From Podarcis bocagei (Eukaryota): a DNA stretch of 64,000 nucleotides. Shown here piece after piece: positions 1 to 12,849 of the stretch. Position 1 is the first letter of the stretch, and every line of letters begins with the position of its first letter. Under the pieces are notes generated by a model, which worked only from the letters and a program-made list of their open reading frames with translations, was not told where the DNA came from and made no database searches. The stretch lies in NCBI GenBank assembly GCA_964188305.1, contig OZ076887.1; one strand, written 5' to 3'. Position numbers and translations under genes: made by a program.

Positions 1-90
1 TCCCTGGTGGTCACCCATCCAGACACTATCCAGAGCCAGACCTGCTTAGCTTCAACAAAGTGGTGACCTCACTTGCCTTCAGACCATACC
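1..90 (-). mobile_element. 5S rRNA-derived SINE head or decayed 5S fragment
   Basis: Reverse complement GAAGCTAAGCAGGTCTGGCTCTGGATAGTGTCTGGATGGGTGACCACCAGGGA resembles the 5S internal control region, with many mismatches. Confidence 0.6.
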
Positions 91-699
91 CTAAGATGGC
101 CCACTCCAAGACTAAGGAGAGGCTTCCTAGAAGTATCTCTCATGCGTTATAACACTTGAACAAGTTAGGAACAACAGCAGTTCCAAACCTTACCCTATGT
201 TATTGATATTGGATTCTGGATCATGTGAACCAAGAATAGAAGGAAGTTTACTTAAGCAGACTTTCCTGCCTCCTCCTTTCCATCACTGCTCTCTGTGGTC
301 TCCAAAAGCTGCTTCAGAGGTCTGGAAGATCTTCCAGAATGGGATGGTACTGAACATAGGGAGCTGCTTGCTAAAGGAGTGGGGGAACTGGCCAAAATCA
401 GATGGATGGATGGAATGGAATATCCTGGAAGAGGTCCTAACAGGTTGGCTGGTTCAAACACAAGGCAGGAGCAATGTTCTGCAGTACAGCATTAGTTGTT
501 GTTAGTTATTAACCCACCTTTTATTCAAGGAGCTCGAGGCAGTGTAAGTGTCCCCGTCCCTCCACAACTCATTTGGTCCTCATAACTATCCTGTAAGATG
601 CAGAAGGAGTGAACTTTGCAAACCATCAAGAATTTGAACCAGCTAACCTCACTGGTTGTTACGGCAGTTTGTTCCTTCCCCTTTATTTTCCCTACCTAG

Positions 700-879
700 G
701 TATCCAAGAAAAGCTGGATCACATCCAGTATCTAAATGTAAAAACAATCTGGATCACATCTGTTTACAAGTCTGCCTTACAAGATTTGGGATATGGCATA
801 GAAGACTTTCGAGACATAGACCCAATGTTTGGAACCATAAAGGATTTTGAAAACCTGGTGGCAGCGATACACGATAAAG
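700..879 (+). CDS. SLC3A1: SLC3A1 (rBAT, amino acid transporter heavy chain) exon 2
   Basis: cctag|GT acceptor and AAAG|gttgg donor; 180 bp; encodes [25 protein letters not shown]...[29 protein letters not shown], a GH13-like fold of rBAT. Exon 1 is upstream of the window. Confidence 0.95.
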
Positions 880-983
880 GTTGGCTTTGCTCTATGTTTT
901 ATTCTGGATTGTTTTATTTGCTGTTTTTATGTGCTTTGATTCCCCCCCCCCTTAAAATTATAAAACCGTATAGAAATGAAATG

Positions 984-1013
984 GAATGAATGAATGAATG
1001 AATGAATGAATGA
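984..1013 (+). repeat. (GAAT)n microsatellite
   Basis: Direct reading. Confidence 0.9.
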
Positions 1014-1458
1014 TGATACATCCCACTTGGTTAGCTAACTTATTGATAACAGAATTAGCCATTAAGTTGCATCTGGAATGATCTCTGCTGCTGCTCATCC
1101 AACAGGGAGCGAGGAAGATCCATTCTGTAGTTTACTGGATCCAAGCTATGTTTTACTTGGTTTTGTGAAATGCTTAGTAGTTTTTATTAGATGCTAATTA
1201 ACTCCATTGGTCTTCGGGACAGGATCTTCACAAGCCCTTTTAGAAATTTTTGGTAACAATTTCCCCCAACTTGGTCCCAGCGCTTCACATGGTTCAGCTC
1301 AGTAATCTTTGCAATAAGCCTTTACAGTAAACAAGCAAGATTATCCCCCATCTGCTATTGTGCACCTGTTCAATCAAAGGCAAAGACTTCGTTCTCTTCT
1401 AGGAACAATGCTGGTGTGTGCAGTTTGACAGGCTGTTTTTTGCATCCTCTTGCGCAAG

Positions 1459-1613
1459 GTTTGAAAGTGATAATGGATCTAATACCTAACCACACAAGTG
1501 ACAAGCACAACTGGTTTCAGCTTAGTCGCAATCGGACTGAAAAATACACGGATTATTACATCTGGCATAACTGCACGTATACCAATGGGACCACCAAACC
1601 ACCAAATAACTGG
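1459..1613 (+). CDS. SLC3A1: SLC3A1 exon 3
   Basis: caag|GT and TGG|gtgagt; 155 bp; [24 protein letters not shown]...PPNNW; phase fits the neighbouring exons. Confidence 0.95.
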
Positions 1614-2050
1614 GTGAGTACAGAACTCCGGTAGCACAAAAATAAACAAACAAAACATGCAGCAATGTAGGCATAAGCCTCACACCATGTGGTTCAAACA
1701 GTGACCAAACAGAGAGGCCTGGTGAGCTGTATTTGGTTCCTGAGCCTGAGGTTCTCCACCCGTTATAAGGTATAACGATGAGAGGCGATATGCTTCTGAA
1801 TACCAGTTGTTAGAAACCGTAAGAGGAGAGGGTCTCTTGCGCTCAGGGCCTGATTGCAACATCTGGGTGGCCACTGGGGAAAGAGGATGCTAGATTGGAT
1901 GGGCCCTTGCCTGATCTAGCAGGCTCCCCTTATGAAATAGTATTGGTCTCCCTTTCTCTCTCAATGATAGACAGCCTCCTTGCTCTTGCAAACACGGCTT
2001 TGATCACGGCAGCTCAGCTTTCCCAGTAAATGCCATTCACATTTAAGGTA

Positions 2051-2292
2051 CAGTGGTACCTCGGGTTAAGTACTTAATTCATTCCGGTGGTCCGTACTTA
2101 ACCTGAAACTGTTCTTAACCTGAAGCACCACTTTAGCTAATGGGGCCTCCTGCTGCTGCCACGCTGCCGGAGCACGATTTCTGTTCTCATCCTGAAGCAA
2201 AGTTCTTAACCTGAAGCACTATTTCTGGGTTAGCAGAGTCTGTAACCTGAAGCGTATGTAACCTGAAGCGTATGTAACCAGAGGTACCACTG
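2051..2292. mobile_element. Tc1/mariner (Tigger-like) MITE, family A
   Basis: TIR CAGTGGTACCTC, TA flanks; close inverted copy at 34781-35009. Confidence 0.85.
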
Positions 2293-2437
2293 TATGTCTG
2301 GCTGTAGCAGGTCATCTCCTCTTATGTAGCCTGATTTCATTAGGACTGCTATTAACATATGTATAATATATAGAGACATAATATATATAATTTGCTAAGC
2401 ACTGTTACTGTAATAGCAACTTCAGTTCAAAATGAGA

Positions 2438-2454
2438 ACACACACACACACACG

Positions 2455-2488
<34 letters not shown>
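2438..2488 (+). repeat. Compound (CA)n(CG)n(CA)n microsatellite
   Basis: Direct reading; alternating purine-pyrimidine tract. Confidence 0.9.
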
Positions 2489-3379
2489 ACTTGAATTGTG
2501 AAATCACATGATTACAGAATACTTTGTTCCCGAAAACACTGGCTGGGAACAAAAGTCCACTGACTCCAATAGAATGCTCTATCAATTAAGAGTTTAGTCC
2601 TGTGTGCACTTACTTGGGAATAAGTCAAAGGGAGTGAATTCTGACTAAAGACATTTAGGATCAACCTGTTAATCAGTAATAGCATTGTAAGCGTTGTGAT
2701 GTTATTAAACTGCAAGCATTTCCAAACAAACAAGAGATGTGAAATTCAGCTTCTTATGAGATATTTTGCCCTCCCAAGCACACATGCGTCACGTAAGTGA
2801 TTTGGTTGTTGAACCATTAGCTGCTGTTGCTTGTTTTCTGCTTCGTTTGATCTTAATTCTTTTTCGAGTCTGCTTTTCTGGCTTACTTTCGGCCGCTCTC
2901 TGTAGAAACCTGTTGGCAGGAAGCGGCACATTTCGCATGGCTAGTTCGTTGTGACATACCCCTTGTTCCAGTGGGCACGCCAGCCTTGGAGCCTCCTCAT
3001 CACAGCTGTCTCTTCCCCCTGCCAAACATGACATCAGAATCAAACTCATTGTTAGATCACTCTTTTCTGTTTCTGTAATGCAAAGATGTCAGACACTGGT
3101 TTCACTAGGATGAAAACTCTGCTCACATTTCCCACATTTTAATCTGAGGCTGGAGCAGTTTGGGAAACGGCTGCAGAGGACAGTTTCAGAAAACACTGCC
3201 CTGTTTTGCTGTAACATGCCCTTCTATGTGTTTCAGGCCAGAGCACAAATTGCAATTTCGGCAAACAAATCTGTATTGAGTAGTAATTTTATTTTAAACA
3301 TTTTGCCCTGTAGTGTGTTTGCACTTTGTAAAATGAACTTTACAAACATAGGAAGCTAACAAGGAATATTTGGTGTTAT

Positions 3380-3912
3380 GTTGGCGGGGATGGCAGGAGG
3401 TGTAAATACTTACATTTGAGGGGCGGGGAAGGGTGTTTAAGGAGATAACAGAAATCTCCGGTTTAAAGCTGACCAAAAGTCCAGAGGTAGCATTATTATC
3501 AATTTATTATGGGGTGGAAGGTTCGCAGGCGATGAAGGACTTGCTCACAAATTTATTGACAGCTGCACACATTATTATAGCTAGGAAGTGGAAGGCGCAA
3601 GCAGAATATAAAAAGGAAGAATGGTATAAAGAGGTGCGGGATATAGCTATTAATGATAAATTAACATGTGCCATTAGGGTAAGATGGGGAATATGCAGGA
3701 GAAATTATTTTGAGGAGATATGGAGGGTGTTTGTAGAATTTGTACTGTTAAAATGGAAAGGGGTCAAACCATCGCACGAAGTGTTGAAATTTTGGGAGGT
3801 TGGATAGTTACAATGGCATGGTCTCGGTGGTGGGGTGCACATTTTTACCCTTATTTATTTATGATGATTACTTTGTCAAAATAAATTTAGAAATTAGAAA
3901 ACAAAAATTAAA
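3380..3912 (+). mobile_element. 5'-truncated L1-clade 3' fragment
   Basis: ORF 3433-3807 (AAHIIIARKWK...EWYKEV...DKLT...IWRVF) resembles an L1 ORF2 C-terminus, followed by an A-rich tail. Confidence 0.7.
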
Positions 3913-3924
3913 TTCAACCAACCA

Positions 3925-4150
3925 ACCTAGGAAGCTGCTTTGTCTGAGTCGGAGCATAGGCAACATGCCTGCTTCCAGACATTGCTGGACTGCAACCCCC
4001 ATCTGTATTGGCTACCCCTGGTCTACACTGACTGGCAGTGGGGCTCTAGCACTTCAAACAAGGATCTCTCCCAGCCCCATCAGGAGATGCTAGGGATTGA
4101 AGCTGGAGCCTTCGACATGAAGAGCAGGTGCTCTTCAACTGAGCTATGAC
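3925..4150 (-). mobile_element. tRNA-derived squamate SINE (Squam3-like)
   Basis: Reverse complement has a TAGCTCAGTTG A box, a TTCAATCCC B-box-like motif and a GCAGCTTCCTA tail. Confidence 0.65.
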
Positions 4151-4949
4151 CCAACTGTTTTGCACATTTGGTTTTTTTATTTCATTGGCTTATATATAAA
4201 TGAAATTAGACCAGACCACTGTGTTTTCCTGTTGCCCATTTTGGACGCTGCCCCTTTAGGCAACTATTTAATTGTCAACTTTTATGATAAAGGTGCAAAC
4301 CAGAAAAAGTCGCGCATAAGACAAGGTGGCAGCCCCATTCTGAGTTCTTGACTCCCCCCCCCCCAAATAAACACTATTTCCCAATGATTGTCATTAATTT
4401 GTTTTTTAATTGATTTTAGAATGCATTTCAATTGATAGATTGTTATTTTATGTGAACTGTGTTGTCTTTATTGTTCTTGGCCACAGCTGGGGTGGGCTGG
4501 ATAGAAATAAAATTTTATTATTTTTTTATTATTATTAATTTGATTATTTGCATGCATTATTTATTGAAATGCCTGTATGCCACCTTTCTTCCATGAATGG
4601 CACTCACAGTGGCTCACACACTTCCAGCACATATTTTTAACATACAGAAGAAGAAGAGAGGAGAGCAGAGGCGGTTTGAGGGTCACAGGGAGTGCCGAGC
4701 TGCAGCTGGTACCACAATAACACTGTAGAATGGAGTGAGAGAGGCGGGGGTGCTGAATCTCTGGCAACCCTGGATGGCAGTAGCTATCCAGGGCTATCTT
4801 TACTTTCCTTGAACGAGGCCCAGATCCCACCAGTTAGGCCTGATTTGAGATTTGGGCCTTGGCTGACTTTAATGCGCATCCTTAATTATAACAACAATGA
4901 TTCTAAATAGTCTGATTTTTAAAAAGATATTGTGTTCTTATGCAATCAG

Positions 4950-5075
4950 GTGAGTGTGTTGGGGAACTCCAGTTGGCAGTACGACGAAGTGAGAAACCAG
5001 TGTTACTTCCACCAGTTTGGAAAAGAGCAGCCGGATTTAAATTTCCGTAACCCAGATGTTGAAGAAGAAATTCAT
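4950..5075 (+). CDS. SLC3A1: SLC3A1 exon 4
   Basis: tcag|GTG and CAT|gtaagt; 126 bp; [42 protein letters not shown]. Confidence 0.95.
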
Positions 5076-6070
5076 GTAAGTAATCAATTGCATTCTGATC
5101 ATGATGGCATGCACATGGTCTTTGGATCACACAATATGATTTGTTGACGCTACCTGTTTTGCTAATATATAATATAATGGGGAATAATGAGCATGTTTAA
5201 AAATCCTGTTGATATCATTGCTTTATTATTATTTTTTAATAGCCAGCTCTTCTAACAATTTTTGAAGGGCTCTAGGTTGAATAATTATACTGAAACACTA
5301 TGGAAGTGCTCTCAAGTCCTTTACTTCAAAATCACTCTGTTGTTTCCAAACTGACCTTGAGTACAATCCAGAGGGTGCTAGTTGCACTTAGCTCCCATTG
5401 GAATCATGGTTAGTCATGACTAACTTCCTGTCCTGATTTCAACTTCTCTGAATCAAACTCCTTCTGTCCAGATCTATGTCTGTTTTAGGTCAGTCCACTC
5501 CCCTGTTCCATGCAGAAAATCTCATCATAAGACTGCAACTTCTATAATCACACATGATTATCATAAGGTAGTAAACTTCCTCTATTGAGTACCTATAATA
5601 AGTGCTAAAGTACATGTGGCGTGCAGCCATGTCTTAAAAGCTAAGAAGCTGCTTCTATGAAAAAACAGCTCCAGGAGTGGGAGATTTGTAGTGAAGAATT
5701 AGCATGGAGAAGAAGCAGAAAGGTCTTCACTTTCCACTGCAACTCTCTCCAAGCGGCCCCTCCCTCCCTGTACTTGTACAGACACTCCATGGACCACCTG
5801 AGTGAACCTTGTGAACCACGAATGGTCTGCAGACCACACTTTGGGAGCCCCTGTTGTAGATCCCACAAGCTCCAGGAAGTGTGGCTAAAGGCCAGGGAAG
5901 ATGGGAGCTGTAGCTCTGTAACATCTGCAGGGCCAAAGGTTCTCCACACCTCTTGTTGACAGAACTTTAAGCCAATCTACATTTCTTTTACGAAACTCAA
6001 AATACATGAAATGTATTTGCTGTGATTCCTGACATAACACAAAACAATTCTGCCTCTTCTATCCATTTAG

Positions 6071-6190
6071 GAGGTTATCAGATTTTGGCTCGGCAAAGGC
6101 GTCGATGGATTTAGCATTAGTACGGTCAAATTTCTGCTGGAAGCAACGCATCTGAGAGATGAGCCTCAAGTCAATAAATCCCAAAATCCG
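6071..6190 (+). CDS. SLC3A1: SLC3A1 exon 5
   Basis: tttag|GAG and CCG|gtaac; 120 bp; [40 protein letters not shown], translated by hand (not in the ORF track). Confidence 0.94.
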
Positions 6191-6330
6191 GTAACAATTT
6201 TTCTCCTTCGTCCTCTTACAGGAGTACACACTTCGGACCGATAAGGGTTCCTTACATTTTGTTAGTGAGCTGTCCTAGCTGAATAAGCTCAGAGGCAGTT
6301 TATATTCTCAGAGGCAATGTACCTCTGAAC

Positions 6331-6420
6331 CATAGCTGTCAACTTTCCCCTTTTTTAAAGGGAAATTCCCTTATTCCGAATAGGATTCCTTGCAAGAAAA
6401 GGGAAAAGTTGACAGCTATG
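6331..6420. mobile_element. 90-bp hAT-type MITE
   Basis: TIR CATAGCTGTCAACTTT; perfect 8-bp TSD CTCTGAAC at 6323-6330 and 6421-6428. Confidence 0.85.
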
Positions 6421-7373
6421 CTCTGAACACCATGTGTTGTGGACAAACGGGGGGGGGGGGGTGTCAGCTGTTGGGTTCACATCCTTCTTATGGCTTCCTA
6501 GAGGCACCTGTTTGCTACTGAACTAGATGGACCTTTTCTCAGATCCAGCAAGGCTCTTCCTATGTCCATATGGCCTCTGCCAGAGACCTTGGAAGGCTGC
6601 AGCTGGGACTGGAAGAGATGGACCAGTGGTATTATTTAGCTTCAGATGTTCTTGGGCATTGCCTCCAAGACTTTTGGAAAGTTATAGGACTCAATTCTAG
6701 CTAGACATTCATGACCTCCTATAAACCATATATATATATGGCACCTGTGGTTCCATGATAGAAGAAAGGTAGGATATAAATGTACGAAAATAAAAGGTAG
6801 TTTTAAATATTGTGAATTGCAGTAGGAACTGACCTGGTCAGCACTTCCTGGGCCAACGTGTGGATCAGAACTTGGTCATCCATTGGTCTTTGGACTTCCT
6901 GAATGTTCTGATGCAGCTCTTATATTAAATGTTAAAATGTATTGGGAGATAATACATTTAGAAATGCATTTTTAAACAGAAAACAAAATCTAAATATGTA
7001 TTTAAAAGGAAAGATTCGTTTCCACAAGGATTTTTTTTATTTTATTACAAATTTGCAAATTACTACAGAAATTAAACGGAATGGATTTAGGAGCGAGTGG
7101 TGGTGAAAATGGTGCAGGCCAGAAATAGACTGATCTATCCATTTCAACATTCTAGGTTTTTTTCTTCTTCTTTTTTTAAAAAAATAAGAAGCACCCACAC
7201 TGAAGTTCTTCTATAACTTGAGGGAGGGAGGGGGAAGAAGTGTGGTGGTATTATAAAGGACATCTTCTGAGAGGAACATTCTGGATTGGAGCCATGGTCT
7301 CAGATGTCTCTCTCTGGAAGGGCCTAGAAATTTAGGAGAAGGAGTAATGACAAATATCCTATTGCTCTTCAAG

Positions 7374-7498
7374 GACACTATCACAGCCTATTCTGAGCTG
7401 TATCACGACTACACCACCACCCAGGTTGGCATGCACGATATTGTCCGCAGTTTTCGGCACACCATGGATAAGTTCAGCAGTGAGCCTGGAAGATACAG
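7374..7498 (+). CDS. SLC3A1: SLC3A1 exon 6
   Basis: caag|GAC and AG|gtaac; 125 bp; [41 protein letters not shown]. Confidence 0.94.
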
Positions 7499-7685
7499 GT
7501 AACGATACCACGACGTCTTCATTTCTTATCCTTTTCATGTGATGGTAAAAGTCGCCCCTTTTTCCTAGGAAGCAGTCTGAAAACGTTAGCAGGTAAGAGT
7601 GAATGTCCCCATCCCATCCCAGGAACTCACTGGAACTATCTGCAAGAATGCCTTCTCTCAAATAGACCTGGCAATCCACTAAGAT

Positions 7686-7936
7686 CAGGGGTCAGCAAAC
7701 TTTTTCAGCAGGTGGCCGGTCCACTGTCCCTCAGACCTTGTGGGGGGCCGGACTATATTTTGAAAAAAATTAATGAACAAATTCCTATGCCCCACAAATA
7801 ATCCAGAGATGCATTTTAAATAAAAGTACAGATTCTACTCATGTAAAAACACACTGATTCCTACACTGTCCACGGGCTGGATTTAGAAGGCGATTGGGCC
7901 GGATCTGGACCCTGGGCCTTAGTTTGCCTACCCATG
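7686..7936. mobile_element. hAT MITE, family B
   Basis: Ends CAGGGGTCAGCAAACT and AGTTTGCCTACCCATG; homologous to 47100-47421. Confidence 0.75.
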
Positions 7937-8686
7937 ACTACAATTTTCAGGGGAGGCCCTATTAGTTACGTCATGGCCTGCCAGTCAAGTCTGGCCTTTT
8001 AGGGTAAATGGGGCACTGCCCCTCCAAACCCAGTCTGCTCTCAGCCAGCCCCCACCTACCTGCCTTCTTACATCCAGTCCAGCGGGTGGCGCTGGCTGCC
8101 CAGCTTCCTCCTCTTTGGGCCCCCTCCGCACTCACCACTTTAAACAGCCATGGCTCCCCCCCAAAGAATCCTGGGATGTGAATTCTGTTTAGGGTGCTGA
8201 GTGTCGTTAGGAGTCCTGTATTTCCCTCGGTGAGTTACAGTTCCCAGAGTTCCCTGGAAAGAGGGGTTGACTGTTAAACCATGGGGAACTTTAGGTCTGT
8301 GAGGGGAATAGGAGTCTTCTAACAAAACCTTGCACCCTTAACAAACTACAGCCCCCAGGATTCTTTGGGAGAAGCCATGACAGTTGAAAGAGATATGATA
8401 CTGCTTTAAATGTGCAGTTCGGATGGGGTCCTGGTCTCAGTGCTGCCTTTGCGGAACTCAACAGGGAGGAGGATGGGGCCCAAGGGAGAGTGTGACAACA
8501 TCTGGTGGGCCAAAGATTAGCCAAAACCTGATATAGGTGAATGATCAGCCAGTTGTACTGTCAATGTATATTCAAGTAAGTGTGCAATCACATGTTTTAA
8601 TGATTTATCATTACAGTTCAGTGTCCAGTTGCAACTGGTCCTTGATCATTGGACTTGATAATGATAAGTATCGCATTAGCCTAAAA

Positions 8687-9073
8687 CAGGGACGTCCAAC
8701 TCCCAAGAGACTGTGATCTACTCACAGAATAAAAAACTGAAAGCGATTTACCCATGGGGGGGGGGACAGGTCAGAGTTCTTGAGGTTTTTTTAGGGAGGA
8801 AAATCTAAATTGTCAACCTTTTTTAGGGGTGCAGGTCAAAGTTGCTGAGCTTTTTTGGGGGAGGCTTTTTTGGGGGGGCCCTGCAACATTGGAAACTCCA
8901 TCTTCCGTTCTTGAAATCGTGTGCAGATAAAGGGAAAAGGGAGGGGGTGGGGCCGAATGCTCATTTCCCCCCACAGACAAAAAAGAGCCCACTATCGACT
9001 GCAATCGACTTCTAACAACAGGGGCAACAGGGGGTCGACCTGTTGATTGTGGTTGACCTGTTGGACATCCCTG
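8687..9073. mobile_element. hAT non-autonomous element
   Basis: TIR CAGGGACGTCCAAC/GTTGGACATCCCTG; perfect 8-bp TSD GCCTAAAA. Confidence 0.85.
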
Positions 9074-10226
9074 GCCTAAAAGATGTCCCTAGAATGGGAA
9101 TGCTGTGTTTTGGCACCAGTTGTACTCGGTGTCTGACTCCTGTGGAATTAGAACATTTTTGATGTTCAGTGTACTTAACCCTTCCAGCTGTTGAGAGGCC
9201 TATTGTTTTTGGCCAAGATTTCAGCGGCCCAAGTGAAATTACAGAGTTCCATCCGTTTATTGACCAGAATCCCCTTCCAATTATTTGCTCTTCTAAATGG
9301 AACCTAGCACTATAAATTACTCTGGATGGGGGCTGAACATTTTTCAGCACAGAAAAATTCAGATATGGGAGAACTGAATTTCACCACAGACAGAGGAGAT
9401 GCCTTAAGAATCATTTTGAGATAGATAGTCAGTGCTTTTCCCCCTAGGAAAATGGGTACCGGAACTCACCATGAAGTTGTTACAGTGTCACACTTTTTAA
9501 CCCAAAAAAGGAGGTGTACAGGTACTGCGTACCCTTGAGTGACCCCTGGGGGAAAGCGCTGGATGTGATTCACTAGATCCCAACAATGGTACCATCAGGT
9601 CAGGACTTGGGGCAGACATCTATGGCCCCACAACAGCGCCCCCTCAAATGCAGTTGGCTTACCACGTTTAGAAGTAAGTGAAATAACACACACTGCTATC
9701 TGAGAAAAGGAGCTCCCATAGGACCAACAAGTCCAGAATCTTAAATGATCTAGCTATACCACTAGAGGGACTCCAGTCCAGCAGAGGTTCCTGCTGGAGG
9801 AAGGGCAGTGGGAAGGCAATTTTTCCTGATCACCCCTTCCCCCTGCAGTCCCTTGGGCCATCTCCTGTACCGTTATGGTAAAAACAAAAAGGTAAACAGT
9901 TTTTAAACTGTTATGGATGGTCCACCAACTCCCTAAAACTGCTTTTCAAGGGAACCCCCCCTCTCCTTCTACCTGTGGGAACATCCCACAAGCATAACTC
10001 TCTTCATGCTGAGTCTGGATTCAGTCCAGTAATTGTAACAGTGCCTTGTAAGAACTTTGCAATGTAAAATGTAAATCATTATTGGGATTCAAAGAAAATC
10101 AGAGCTCATTGTTCTATTATCAAGTCCTGTGGCAGGTTTTCCATTTTCCGTTTTGTTATATCAAATGAATGCCACTTCTGAAAACCACGAGCAAGAAAAC
10201 CAAACAGATGTTGTCCTCTTTTCAAG

Positions 10227-10425
10227 ATTTATGGGCACGGAGGCAAATGACCATGATGACGTTGAGAGAACCATGATGTATTATGGGACACCTTTCATTC
10301 AAGAAGCAGATTTCCCTTTCAATTTCTACCTCATGAACATGCAAGAAATATCAGGAAATGGCATTTTTGAAATTGTGTCTTTGTGGATGAAGAATATGCC
10401 GGAAGGCAAATGGCCAAACTGGGCG
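10227..10425 (+). CDS. SLC3A1: SLC3A1 exon 7
   Basis: tcaag|A and GCG|gtaag; 199 bp; [35 protein letters not shown]...[10 protein letters not shown]. Confidence 0.94.
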
Positions 10426-12443
10426 GTAAGCTTCTGGTGACGAAGGATTATGATCGTCTCCCAACTTGGCACACAACCTTTTATGACATTTGCAGGTGGC
10501 CAAATAATTGCTCATTTTACTTATTTAATCATATTTGCATCCTCTCTTGCCTTTAAATTTATCGCAGCATTATAGCTAGGGTGGTTATCCCTTTATATGT
10601 CCACAAATATTTTGTGAGGCAGAGTAAGGCCCAGAAATAGTTAAGAACATCCAGTGAGCTGCAGGCTTCCTAAAGATGGCTGCTTTTAACCCCTTCACCA
10701 CATGTCAAAGGTGGTATGCCATGTCCACTGGGCTGGCCCTACCATTTGGCAGAGTGAGGCAGCTGTCTGAGCCGGCAGATAGTGGTGTGGAGGGGGCAGG
10801 GAGCAGTAGCGATAAGTTGGAGGGCATTTCTGTCTGTCCCATGTTGCTTGTTCTGCATCCTCCAAGGTACCCTGCAGCCCTCAGGCGTGGTAAAGAATGC
10901 TTTGCTGTCAGCTGCCAGTCCAGTTGGCTTCTGTATATCAAAGGGGTCTCAGGATGAAAAGTGTCTTGGATTGGCTTTGGTTATACAACGGTGAGAGTGT
11001 GAGGTTTAGCAAAAGAAAAAACAACCTCAAAAACCCTTCTGAGAATAAGGCGTCAGTCCCATGGCTCCCTGGACTGGGGTCCAATAAATTAAATCAACAT
11101 GACAATCTCCCCTAGTACAGCAGGATACTGAAAACTTTTCAAATGATCAAAATGATGACATTGCGCTTGTATGTTTGTGCTCCATTTTGTACCTTTGGAG
11201 AAAAAATTAGGTACCCTGCTGTCTAAATTTAATATTTTGTCACACACGGTTTATTTGGCTTTGATAATTAGGCTTCACCATTGCTTTGTATTTAGGGGCC
11301 TTGGAACAATTTATTCCCTCTGCTCTGCTGGAAAGCAGATGTGGAAAGCAATATTAAACCAGCTTTATTGTGAATATTGTGCTGTGATTAAAAAACATGT
11401 AAGCACTCAGTCAATATATACAAAAAAATATATTTCCATGGAGGGCTATAGTCTAACCAAGTACTCCATAGTACAGGACATTAAAAAAGAAAGACAATGC
11501 TCATGGGAAAGGCAGACTTCACTAGTTCAAAGTCATTAATTTCATACTGCTATAACAAGATATGGTTCAAACCAGGGTTGGGAAACCTCAGGACCTGGGT
11601 CAAATGCAGACTTCCAGGTCGCAGGATTCTCTCTAGGCCACACCCCCTTCCCAGGCCACTCCCCTTGCTGTTCCTGCTCCTCTTGCCTGGCTGCCATGTG
11701 TCCTACTATACAAAGCTAAGACACATTCAATGTTCCACTCATTTTTTGTCTCCAGACACACTAACACTAAAAGAGTCCTGTGGGATCAAGCCAAAGGCCT
11801 ATCTCATACGTACCCCCCCCCACACACACACCTTGAAGGCGAAAACTGGGACATCATATTCCCATTTTCTCTTGTGAGAGAACGGCGACCATTCTGGGCA
11901 CCATGATCTTGCACCATAATTCCCCCCTGAAAAAGTGTATTGGGGGTACAGTGCCCAAAAACATACATTTTTGGGTGCTGCATGAGATTGCAGCCCTGAA
12001 AAGCTCTTTGTTTCCTGCGGGAAACCGCGCAAACTAGAATTGTCTGCCATTCTCTCATGAGAAAAAAATGGGATGTTCTGGTTTTTCCTGGACACTCACA
12101 GGATACGCTATCTAGTCCAGCGTTCTATTCTCACACTGGTCAGATGTCCATGGGTAGCCCACAAGCATAACTTGTGTGCAACAGCATTCTCCTCAACTTT
12201 TGATTCCTAGCAACTGGTATTCAAAGGAATATTTTCATTGTGGGTAGTAGCCATTGGTAACCTTGCCCTCTGTGAATTTGTCTGTTCCTCTTTTAAAGTC
12301 ACCCACCAATGGCCTACAGCTCCCAGGTTTCCCATCAGGGACTGTGGCTTGTGGGTGGAGAATGATATCCCATCCTTTATCTACATGGCTTTTATAGAAA
12401 TGGTGCCTTTGGAGTCTGATAAAACAATATACTTTCCTGTTAG

Positions 12444-12590
12444 GCTGGAAACCCCAACAGTGCTCGAATTTCCTCTCGGATTGGGAAGGAATACATAAAT
12501 GTCATCAACATGCTTCTTTTAACTCTTCCTGGAACACCTACAACCTATTACGGTGAAGAAATTGGAATGGAAGATACCACATCAGAAAAC
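12444..12590 (+). CDS. SLC3A1: SLC3A1 exon 8
   Basis: gttag|GCT and AAC|gtgagt; 147 bp; [49 protein letters not shown]. Confidence 0.9.
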
Positions 12591-12849
12591 GTGAGTTTGG
12601 AAATTCTTGAATTCCACCCCCATGCAATAACCATGTTACTGAGGATGCTGCTGCTGTGTCACCCTTCGTTGATGATCAAGCCGTCTTGACTTTCCCAGTG
12701 CTGTTAATTCCCCCTTCCCCAATGCCTGTGTTGTTCTTGTTTCTCCTAAAACAGGGCGGGTGGCCTTCCAGATGTTGTCGAACTATGACTGCCGCCATCC
12801 CTAACCATTGGCGATGCTGTTTGGGGCTGATGCAAATTGGAGTCCAAGA

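Noticed and set aside
1-90. Functional 5S rRNA gene
   Set aside because: Partial and heavily diverged; better explained as a SINE3-type head or pseudogene.
4085-4150. tRNA gene
   Set aside because: Degenerate boxes attached to a SINE body; I could not form a convincing cloverleaf.
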